A stretch of DNA of 13,092 nucleotides from Octopus sinensis (Eukaryota). The stretch lies in NCBI RefSeq assembly GCF_006345805.1, contig NW_021826317.1, forward strand, positions 1-13,092. The letters run 5' to 3'. Below, one piece after another: positions 1-8,556 of the stretch. A program made the position numbers and the translations under genes. Positions within the stretch are counted from its first letter, which is position 1, and every line of letters begins with the position of its first letter. Under the pieces are notes generated by a model. That model was given only the letters and a program-made list of their open reading frames with translations. It was not told the DNA's origin and ran no database searches.

Positions 1-1273
1 GAAAACCGTTACGACCAATTAATTTGTAAACAAGTGAATATATAACACTGTCTGAGCCTTAAACGGGCGAGTTATTACCCTTAGACTGGTCCAGTTGGCA
101 AATCTTAAGGACCAATCGCGGCCAGGTCGCCGAAAAGATTTAAATTTAGAGCTCCACTGACCTACTGAATTACAGATCCGAGATTTTCACTAAATGCAAG
201 CATTTAACGCAAGTTTCTATTATCGAATTGGAGAACACTACCCTTCTGGATTAAGCATAGTCTCCAACTTTAGTCCTACCACACCGTTTTCGTTGTTTTC
301 TCTCCTACGAACACCATTGTCAATTTTTCGTATCTCATTTTTTTTCTCGGTTTCATGTTTTTTTTTGTTTTTTCATTTACTTTCTTCTCTCTCGTTCTTT
401 CTCGTTTTTCTGAGATTTATAAGTACATGAAGATAACGAGAGAGAAAAAATAATAAAAGAAAAAGAAAGAAAGAAAAAGTAGATGTGTTGTATTTTAAGC
501 CTGATATTTAACACCAAGCTATACTAACTCGTCCGACTATTCTACTATCATAAGCATAGAACTCATTGTAACTCGCGTTTAAATCCTGTGTGTATTAGAT
601 GATATATATTTATTAAATGAGCAAAGAAAAATGAAGTTTCTTATTCCAGGACATAATATGCTGCCTAGTCCAGAAATCGAAACCACGACCTTAAGATTAT
701 GAGCACACAACTCAGCCATTAGGTTACACGCTTTTAAGACTGCTAGTATTCCATTCAAATAAATTAAAATAAAAAAAATAACTTGCACACTCTTAAGCCT
801 CGAAGAAGAATTTTCCAATGAAAAATATACGGTCACCTCTGAGAGAAAGGAACCTTAACTATAGTAATACCTTAGCGCTACACATATGTTCCTAAAAAGT
901 GCAACGCTAAACGAAACCGCGCCACACGTGGTCATTATAACATAGCACATATATGAAGTTGGATGGGCGATTTTTCTTTTTCTGAGTGATAACGTTCTTA
1001 AACGTAGCCAAACAACTGAAGAACTCGGGGACTCGCTGTTGGACCCTAAAAATAACTTAATGATTTTGGACATTATTCTAAGTTAGCTTAATGGCACGCT
1101 GCATTATGCCTCGTTGTACACCTAAATACAGCCTTCCTTTTTCTTCTTCTCAAAGCATAGCACTCTTTAATGGGATAATAAATGAATTAATATTTTCAAT
1201 AACAAATTAATCAATATGTTATCAATATTTTCTGGTCAGTTCCAATTGCTGATGTGGGCGACTTACTAACATA

Positions 1274-1684
1274 GGCGCAGGAGTGGCTGTGTGGTAAGTA
1301 GCTTGCTAACCAACCACATGGTTCCGGGTTCAGTCCCACTGCGTGGCATCTTGGGCAAGTGTCTTCTGCTATAGCCCCGGGCCGACCAATGCCTTGTGAG
1401 TGGACTTGGTAGACGGAAACTGAAAGAAGCCTGTCGTATATATGTATATATATATATGTGTGTGTGTGTGTTGTGTGTCTGTGTTGTCCCCCTAGCATTG
1501 CTTGACAACCGATGCTGGTGTGTTTACGTCCCCGTGACTTAGCGGTTCGGCAAAAGAGACCGATAGAATAAGTACTGGGCTTACAAAGAATAAGTCCCGG
1601 GGTCGATTTGCTCGACAAAAGGCGGTGCTCCAGCATGGCCGCAGTCAGATGACTGAAACAAGTAAAAGAGTAAAGGAAGAGTAA
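1274..1684 (+). mobile_element. tRNA-derived SINE, family A, full-length copy
   Basis: Pol III A-box-like TGGCTGTGTGG (1284-1294) and B-box-like GGTTCAGTCCC (1327-1337). Body, internal (TA)n(TG)n tract, 3' module ...CAGCATGGCCGCAGTC..ATGACTGAAAC and A-rich TAAAAGAG-type tail follow. Homologous copies at 3411, 4211, 7961 and 11165. Resembles common octopus SINEs (recall). No clear TSD. Confidence 0.9.
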
Positions 1685-2211
1685 TATGCCCGATGTTTTC
1701 CAGCTTCGAATCATTGCTTCAACGCTTGAAGCTTTTACATCCACCACACCTCAGAGGAATTTACTGCAAATGGCGTTACTATTCAGATTGAAGAGCAAAG
1801 TTAATAAATAAATAGATAAATAAATAAATAAAAATGCAGGCTTCTGTGGGAATAACCATAAGTGTGAATCATGCTTTCCTACATGTTAATGCGTACAATT
1901 GCGTACAATTGCCAGGACGTATTGTTGTCCTATTGGAAATATTGTTTCTAACAAAATAATAATATAAAAAAAAAACCCAACGCAATAATGAATCGGTGGT
2001 AGAAGAAGGAGATGACGGTATATGTATGTCTGCGTGTACGCGTATGTGTGTACATGTATATATGTGCGTATGTAAATGTGTGTATGCGTGTGTAGGTCAC
2101 AGACATACATGCATCTTAATTCATCTAAGCAAAGGCTCATTGTCATAAACGTATTCACTAAAAGGCTTAGGAAGAATTAAAATTATTTAGATCTAGTTAT
2201 GTGCTAAAAGT

Positions 2212-2520
2212 GGAGATACATGCCCTAGTGGTTAGAGCAGCGGACTCGCGGTCGAGGGATCGCGGGTTCGAATCTCAGACCGGGTGTTGTATGTGTTTAT
2301 GAGCGAAACACCTAAGCGGCTCCAGCGGAAGGTAATGGCGAATTTCTGCTGACTCTTTCGCCATAACTTTCTCTCACTCTTTCCTCCTGCATTTTGTAGC
2401 TCACCTGCGACCGACCGGCGTCCCGTTCTATGTGGGTAACCTATACGGCAAGGAAACCGAGAAACCGGCTCTATGAGCCCGGCGTGGCTCGAGAAGGAAC
2501 AAACAACAACAACAACAACA
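2212..2520 (+). mobile_element. tRNA-derived SINE, family B, with (AAC)n tail
   Basis: A-box TGCCCTAGTGG (2221-2231), B-box GGTTCGAATCT (2265-2275), (AAC)n tail 2502-2520. Degenerate TSD ATGTGCTAAAA (2199-2209) / ATGTGTTAAAA (2521-2531), 10/11 match. The 5' part is homologous to the element at 4364. Confidence 0.88.
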
Positions 2521-2662
2521 ATGTGTTAAAAATTGGAGGAAATTCAAAAATCCGGAATATAACAAGGGAAACGGATATCAGCTTATGGCAGAACATTTCT
2601 CCCCCAGTAAAGATAACTTTTATAATTCAAAATTTTATCTTGTACGGTCTTTAAGCAAAATA

Positions 2663-3076
2663 GGGCGGCGAGCTGGCAGAAGCGTTAGTATGCCGGGCGA
2701 AATGCTCAGCGGTGTTTCGTCAGCCGCTACGTTCTGAGTTCAAATTCCGCCGAGGTCGACTTTGCCTTTCATCCTTTCGGGGTCGATTAAATAAGTACCA
2801 GTTACGCACTGGGGTCGATATAATCGACTTAATCCGTTTGTCTGTCCGTGTTTGTCCTCTCTGTGTTTAGCCCCTTGTGGGTAGTAAAGAAATAGGTATT
2901 TCGTCTGCCGTTACGTTCTAAGTTCAAATTCCGCCGAGGTCGACTTTGCCTTTCATCCTTTCGGGGTCGATTAAATAAGTACCAGTTGCGCACTGGGGTC
3001 GATATAATCGACTTAATCCGTTTGTCTGTCCTTGTTTGTTCTCTCTGTTTAGGCCCTTGTGGGCAGTAAAGAAATA
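2663..3076 (+). mobile_element. tRNA-related SINE, family C, with a tandemly duplicated ~184-bp 3' unit
   Basis: Head GGGCGGCGAGCTGGCAGAAGCG, B-box-like GAGTTCAAATTC (2736-2747). Unit 1 is 2711-2894 and unit 2 is 2895-3076 (9 substitutions and one 2-bp indel by hand alignment). Candidate TSD AAGCAAAAT at 2653-2661 and 3084-3092, extendable to 14/16 (2646-2661 vs 3077-3092). Confidence 0.85.
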
Positions 3077-3410
3077 GGTTTTGAAGCAAAATTTTTCTTT
3101 GTCATTGTTATGCAAATTCATGCATAACACTGCACATGAGTTATTTCAATGAGCTCAATTTTGCTTTAATTGTGCAAATTCTTGGTCATGCCTGGCTGGA
3201 GTCAAAACGGTAATAGTAAAAATTTACCAAAACCACCGTAAATCCACCTCCAAGATATTACGAAAATAAAGCAACTTCAAGACGTTTTTCATGAAATTAT
3301 TTGCAGTAACTACAGCTACAGATCAAACATTTGTATTGGAAGCAGTGATAATCATGTGTGTACTTTGTTGCATGTAAACGTTTTTACCCAGATTTCTTTT
3401 AAAACTATCT

Positions 3411-3578
3411 TGTAGGAGTGGCTGTGTGGTAAGAATCTTGCTTACCAACCACATGTTTCCGGGTTCAGTCCTATTGCATGGCAACTTGAGCAAGTGTCTT
3501 CTACTATAGCCTCGGGCCGACCAAAGCCTTGTGAGTGGATTTGATAGAGAGAAACTGAAAGAAGCAGTCGTAGAAGTA

Positions 3579-3627
<49 letters not shown>

Positions 3628-3858
3628 TATATATGTATGGTGTGTATATATGTTTGTGTGTCTGTTTGTACCCCCAATATCACTTGACAACCGATGCTGG
3701 TGTGTTTACGTCCCCGTAACTTAGCGGTTTGACAAAAGGGACCGATAGAAAAAGTACAAGGCTTACAAAGAATAAGTCCTGGGGTCGATTTGCTCGACTA
3801 AGGTGATGCTCCAGCATGGCCACTGTCAAATGACTGAAACAAGTCAAAGAGTAAACGA
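3411..3858 (+). mobile_element. tRNA-derived SINE, family A, second full-length copy
   Basis: Colinear with 1274-1684 from AGGAGTGGCTGTGTGGTAAG through ATGACTGAAACAAGT; the internal (TA)n is longer (about 3580-3625). Confidence 0.9.
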
Positions 3859-4210
3859 GATCATTCTCTTTAAACTCAGTTTTAGAGACACAATTGAAGT
3901 AAAAACATGTTCACACCTGTTTTCTTATCTCCAGATGAAAAATAAAAGACAATTATCGTTTCCTTTATGGCATGTTAATTCCGGAGAATTGTTGATTCCT
4001 TGAGATTTTCTCCCTTTCTTATTTCGAGTCGATAAGCAATTACCACTAGGTGTTTGCTTGCTTTCTCTCGAAGCGAAAATAATTTCTATAAATGGTATGT
4101 CTAATATTTTGTATACGTTTCAACGTCTTTTTCTTTGTCCAAATTTACGACACTGGTTACTCTTTCCTATTCTCTCTGGGCATTTTCATTTCATGTATGC
4201 TAATGTCTTA

Positions 4211-4974
4211 TCTTTTAATTATTTCACTCATTGGACTGCGGTCATACGGGAGCATTGCCTTGGAGGGTTTTAGCCAAACAGATCAACCATAGTACTTTTC
4301 TTTTTAAAGTCTGGTACTTATTCTATCAGCCTCTTTTGCCGAACCGCATTTAGAGGAACGTAAGGAGGCGCAATGGCCCAGTGGTTAGGGCAGCGGACTC
4401 GCAGTCATAGGATCGCGGTTTCGATTCCCAGACCGGGCTTTGTGAGTGTTTATTGAGCGAAAACACCTAGAGCTCCACGAGGCTCCGACAGGGGATGGTG
4501 GTGATCCCTGCTGTACTCTCTCACCACAACTTTCTCTCACTCTTATTTCCTGTTTCTGTTGTACCTGTATTTCAAAGGGCCGGCCTTGTCACTCTCTGTG
4601 TCACGCTGAATATCACCGAGAACTACGTTAAGGGTACACGTGTCTGTGGAGTGCTCAGCCACTTACACGTTAATTTCACGAGCAGGCTGTTCCGTTGATT
4701 CGGATCAACCGGAACCCTCGTCGTCGTAACCGACGGAGTGCTTCCATCCATAGGAACGTAAACAAACTAATTGCGATTGTCAGTCTCTTTCTCTCACACA
4801 CATATAAACAACGGGATTCCACACAGTTTCCGTCTACTATGTCAATTTACAAGACATTGGTGCACCCGAAGCTATGGTAGATGACATTTACTCGTGGGTG
4901 CTGCACAGTGGATTTGAACCTGAAACCACGTAGTTTCAAAGCGAGCTGCTTAATCACATTACCTCACCTGCACC
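4211..4974 (-). mobile_element. Old, diverged family A SINE on the minus strand, interrupted by the 4364-4751 insertion
   Basis: 4211-4363 matches the reverse complement of the family A 3' module (GGACTGCGGTCAT...GTACTTATTCTATC...TTTTGCCGAACCGC). 4762-4974 resumes it and matches the reverse complement of the 5' body and tRNA head (CAGTTTCCGTCTAC...CAGTGGATTTGAACC...CCTGCACC). Confidence 0.8.
4364..4751 (+). mobile_element. tRNA-derived SINE, family B-prime (B-type head, different 3' tail), nested insertion
   Basis: A-box TGGCCCAGTGG (4374-4384), B-box-like GGTTTCGATTCC (4417-4428), short (CCAT)n end. Perfect 10-bp TSD AGGAACGTAA at 4354-4363 and 4752-4761. Confidence 0.9.
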
Positions 4975-4984
4975 CATACCTATG

Positions 4985-5641
4985 TGTACGTGTATTAGTA
5001 TGCGCGTGCGTGGTGTGTGTGAGCGTGTGTGCGTACGTGTGTGTGTGTGCGTGCGTGCGTGTGTGAACGATTTTGTTAATGCATGTGTGGGTTGTATGAG
5101 TTTAAATGTGAGTGTGCGTGAGTGTGTTTGTGTATGTATGTGGGTGTTTGTGTGTGTGTGCGATTTTATGCATGTGTGGCTGCACGAGTTTAATTGTGTG
5201 TGTGTGTGTATGTGCGTATGCGATTTTGTTTGGGCATATTTGGCTGTATGAGTTTAATTGTGTGTGGTGGGTGTTGTGAACGGTGTGGTGTGTGTTTGTG
5301 CGTGTGTGTTTGTGTGTGGTGTGTGTGTGTGTGTTGTACGTGTGTGTGTTTGTGTGCGTGTGTGGTGTGTGTTTGTACGTCTGTGTGTATGTGCGTATGC
5401 GATTTTTGTTGGGGCATATTTGGCTGTATGAGTTTAATTGTGTGTGTGTGTGTTTGTACGTATGTGTGTGTTTGTGCGTGTGTGTGTATGTGTGTGTTTG
5501 TACGTGTGTGTGTTTGTGCGTGTGTGTGTGTGTGTGTGTTTGTACGTCTGTGTGTATGTGCGTATGCGATTTTGTTTGGGCATATTTGGCTGTATGAGTC
5601 TAATTGTGTGTGTGTGTGTGTGTTTGTACGTGTGTGTGTTT

Positions 5642-5674
<33 letters not shown>

Positions 5675-5805
5675 TGTGTTTGTACGTGTGTGTGTTTGTG
5701 CGTATGCGATTTTGTTTGGGCATATTTGGCTGTATGAGTTTAATTGTGTGTGTGTATGTGCGTATGCGATTTTGTTTGGGCATATTTGGCTGTATGAGTC
5801 TAATT

Positions 5806-5836
<31 letters not shown>

Positions 5837-6085
5837 TTGTGCGTGTGGGTGTGTGTGTGTGTGGTTGTACGTGTGTGTGTATGTGCGTATGCGATTTCGT
5901 TTGGGCATATTTGGCTGTATGAGTTTGTGTGTGTGTGCGTTTGTACGTGTGTGTGTATGTGCGTATGCGATTTTGTTTGGGCATATTTGGCTGTATGAGT
6001 CTAATTGTGTGTGTGTGTGTGTGTTTGTACGTGTGTGTGTTTGTACGTGTGTGTGTGTTTGTGCGTGTGTGTGTGTGTTTGCATG
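4985..6085. repeat. Complex GT-rich minisatellite with a conserved 45-bp core
   Basis: Core CGTATGCGATTTTGTTTGGGCATATTTGGCTGTATGAGT(T/C)TAATT starts at 5215, 5394, 5561, 5701, 5761, 5886 and 5962, with two degenerate copies near 5065 and 5160. Cores are separated by variable (GT)n tracts containing GTTTGTACGT / GTTTGTGCGT sub-units. Confidence 0.93.
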
Positions 6086-6339
6086 TGGCTCTTCGAAAAA
6101 CTACGAAAGTTTAAGCTATTAGCAATTTTGCCATTGGATCATACGCAATTCATAAAACTTGATATAGCAGCTATGGCGATATATGAGATTCCACATGATT
6201 ATGATTCCAACACAAATCTGATCATCTCAACTACTATATCCATCATGACGCTATGCAGTCCTGATCATTCATTCTCTCACTCTACCTATATCCTGCATGA
6301 CGTATTGAAGTGATTATTTTCGAAGACATTGCAAAAGAA

Positions 6340-6498
6340 CCACACACACACACACAAACAAGCACACACACACACACACACATACAAACACACACACACG
6401 CGCACACACACACACACTCATTATGTTCTCACGTGTGTGCGTCTGTGTATGAATGAATATGATATATATATATATATAGAATACATTAATATATATAT

Positions 6499-6532
<34 letters not shown>
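6340..6532. repeat. (CA)n followed by (TA)n microsatellites
   Basis: Directly visible dinucleotide runs at about 6340-6418 and 6460-6532. Confidence 0.95.
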
Positions 6533-6538
<6 letters not shown>

Positions 6539-6615
6539 GAAATGTATGTTTAGAAGAAATTTCTTCTAATATATAATACCTGTACATCATCTCCAAACCT
6601 TTCAATATATCTTTA

Positions 6616-6913
6616 CTAGCAGTATCGCCCGGGCGTTGTGCTCGGTTTGTAAGGGAAATAACTATATAAGCATTTTAGAGAGTTACTTCCTTATAGATGC
6701 CAATTCGGGCTTCCTTAGCCATTTCTGTTTTGGTGTCTTCAAGCCATGAAGTCGTTGTTCTAAAAGAACGCTGGTCTCCTTGACAACGCTTTACGACGTT
6801 GATTTCCTTACACTCCCTTCCCCACAGCTTCACGAGGGAGGGAAGAAGGGGGAGAAGCAAACAGGTGCAGATGTGAGCGTGGGCGCCAACTCCGCCGCCA
6901 TCGACACACGAAA
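6616..6913 (-). mobile_element. Inverted 3' part of a non-autonomous Helitron-like element
   Basis: Reverse complement of 7262-7558 (roughly 95% identical by eye). On the minus strand it ends in the GC hairpin ...GATACTGCTAG followed by T (plus-strand A6615|CTAG). Confidence 0.78.
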
Positions 6914-6920
6914 GACACAC

Positions 6921-7045
6921 GAAGACACCAAAACAGAAATGGGTAAGAAAGCCCAAATTGGCATCTATAAGGGAAGTAACTCTCTAAAAATGCTTATATA
7001 GTTATTTCCCTTACAAACCCGAGCAACGCCGGGCGATACTGCTAG
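6921..7045 (+). mobile_element. 3'-terminal 125-bp fragment of the same Helitron-like element
   Basis: GAAGACACCAAAACAG...CCCGAGCAACGCCGGGCGATACTGCTAG, near-identical to the 3' end of 7046-7558. Confidence 0.78.
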
Positions 7046-7558
7046 TATAGATATATATAAAACTGTAGTTGTGTGAGTGTCTGTCCCCTTCGATTTAGAT
7101 TCCTAACTACTCCCACATTTTGCGGTGCAGTTTAACCAAATTCGGGTATCTTATAGTCGTGATTCATATCGAGCCCGTCTGGGTATTAGCGCGTCTACGA
7201 TGAGTCTACGATTTTAAAAAATAATTTAACATAATTTTTTATTCCATTTTAATGCATAATTTTTCGTGTGTCGATGGCGGCGGAGTTGGCGTCCATGGTC
7301 ACACCTGCACCTGTTTGCTTCTCCCCTCCTTCCCTCCCTCGTGAAGCTGTGGGGAAGGGAGTGTAAGGAAATCAACGTCGTAAAGCGTTGTCAAGGAGAC
7401 CAGCGTTCTTTTAGAACAACGACTTCATGGCTTGAAGACACCAAAACAGAAATGGCTAAGAAAGCCCGAATTGGCATCTATAAGGGAAGTAACTCTCTAA
7501 AAATGCTTATATAGTTATTTCCCTTACAAACCCGAGCAACGCCGGGCGATACTGCTAG
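7046..7558 (+). mobile_element. Non-autonomous Helitron-like element, longest unit (513 bp)
   Basis: 5' end TATAGATATATATAAAA...GTGTCTGTC resembles a degenerate TC-TATATATAAAA Helitron start. The 3' GC-rich hairpin CCCG-A-GC-AAC-GC-CGGG (7531-7546) ends 12 nt before the terminal CTAG (7555-7558). No TSD and no RepHel coding sequence. Confidence 0.78.
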
Positions 7559-7829
7559 TCTTTATATGTAAAAGTAAGGTTGTGTGTCTGTCTCCTACGA
7601 TTTAAATTCCTAACTACTCCCACTTTTTGCGGTGCAGTTTAACCAAAACCGGGTATCTTATAGTCGTGATTCATATCGAGCCCTTCTGGGTATTAGCGCG
7701 CGTCTACGATGAGTCTACGATTTTAAAAATAATTTACCATCATTTTTTTCCATTTATTTGCTATAACTCTCTAAAAATGCTTTATAGTTATTTCCCTTAC
7801 AAACCCGAACAACGCCGGGCGATACTGCT

Positions 7830-7831
<2 letters not shown>
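7559..7831 (+). mobile_element. Internally deleted Helitron-like unit (273 bp), head-to-tail with the previous unit
   Basis: Begins with TC immediately after CTAG (7558|7559). Shares the 5' ~200 bp and the last ~68 bp with 7046-7558 and lacks about 240 bp (equivalent to about 7250-7489). Ends hairpin...CTAG (7828-7831) followed by T. Confidence 0.8.
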
Positions 7832-7868
<37 letters not shown>

Positions 7869-7950
7869 GTATATACATACACATGCGTATATACACAGAC
7901 ACGCACACACAAATACATATGTTATATATGACACACACACACACACTCCA
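7832..7950. repeat. (TA)n/(TATG)n/(CA)n compound microsatellite
   Basis: Directly visible. Confidence 0.9.
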
Positions 7951-7960
7951 CATACCCACA

Positions 7961-8239
7961 TTCTTTTATTTGTTTCAGTCATTTGACTGAGGCCATGCTG
8001 GAGCACTGCCTTTAGTCGAACAAATCGATCCCGGGATTTATTCTTTGTAAGCCTAGTACTTATTCTATCGGCGTTTTTTGCCGAACCGCTAAGTTACGGG
8101 GACGTAAACACACACCAGTCTCGGTTGTCAAGCGATGGTGAGGGGACAAACACACAAACACACACACACACACACACAAATACCACGGGCTTCTATCGGT
8201 TTCCGTGTGTACAAAATCCACTCACAAGGCTTTGGGTCG
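7961..8239 (-). mobile_element. Family A SINE, minus strand, 5'-truncated (tRNA head missing)
   Basis: TGTTTCAGTCATTTGACTGAGGCCATGCTGGAGCAC...GCCGAACCGCTAAGTTACGGGGACGTAAACAC...CTCACAAGGCTTTGGGTCG is the reverse complement of the family A 3' module and part of the body, with an internal (CA)n. Confidence 0.88.
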
Positions 8240-8288
8240 ATTAGAGATATAAATAAGCAAAGACAGCGGAAAGGAGATCACTTGAGTG

Positions 8289-8289
<1 letters not shown>

Positions 8290-8328
<39 letters not shown>

Positions 8329-8387
8329 ACACATACACACACACACACACATACGCACACACACATACGCACACACACACACACAAC
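8290..8387. repeat. (CA)n microsatellite
   Basis: Directly visible. Confidence 0.95.
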
Positions 8388-8556
8388 TGTGTTTGCGTGT
8401 GTAGCATCTTCACCGTCTCGTTTCTCTCACAGCCTAAGACACATAGACATAATTACATGGAAAAGAAAACACGAACGCAGAGGTTGTTCATTTGCTTTCT
8501 AATCCAGGAACTAGTTTCATCAAAATCACAAGAGATTCTCGTGACCTAGTGACCGG

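Noticed and set aside
385-446. 12-bp inverted repeat TTCTCTCTCGTT / AACGAGAGAGAA
   Set aside because: Short, and lies in complementary low-complexity pyrimidine and purine tracts, where such matches are expected by chance.
194-1073. Short ORFs at 194-430, 579-836 and 855-1073
   Set aside because: Each is under 90 aa with no recognisable domain; the first is driven by a T-rich tract.
1891-1912. 10-bp tandem duplication GCGTACAATT as a transposon excision footprint
   Set aside because: Indistinguishable from a simple slippage duplication without an orthologous filled site.
2212-2285. Functional tRNA genes at the SINE heads (also 1274, 2663, 3411, 4364)
   Set aside because: A and B boxes are present, but I could not fold a complete cloverleaf with matched acceptor and anticodon stems, and each head runs into a SINE body and tail.
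2711-2723. Hammerhead ribozyme core on the minus strand (CTGACGAAAC)
   Set aside because: CUGANGA and GAAA overlap with no stem II, and the motif is not kept in unit 2 (CAGACGAAAT).
3110-3117. Octamer motif ATGCAAAT (POU site)
   Set aside because: A single AT-rich 8-mer is plausible by chance in 13 kb, and there is no promoter context.
4985-6085. CRISPR array
   Set aside because: Spacers are GT microsatellite of 15-135 bp rather than unique sequence of uniform length, no cas genes are present, and the context is eukaryotic.
4982-6313. Long ORFs (up to 264 aa) of Val/Cys or His/Thr repeats
   Set aside because: These are translations of (GT)n/(CA)n tracts, which lack stop codons; they are open in most frames on both strands.
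6616-7045. Ordinary TIR DNA transposon or MITE
   Set aside because: There is no TSD, and the arms are the same sequence that occurs as direct hairpin-plus-CTAG 3' ends in the neighbouring tandem units, which fits a Helitron origin better.
6675-7514. Duplicated ORF peptide (6675-6956 minus and 7266-7514 plus) as a gene or transposase
   Set aside because: The shared peptide simply reflects the inverted duplication. There are no HUH Rep, helicase or DDE motifs, and the frames differ at the ends.
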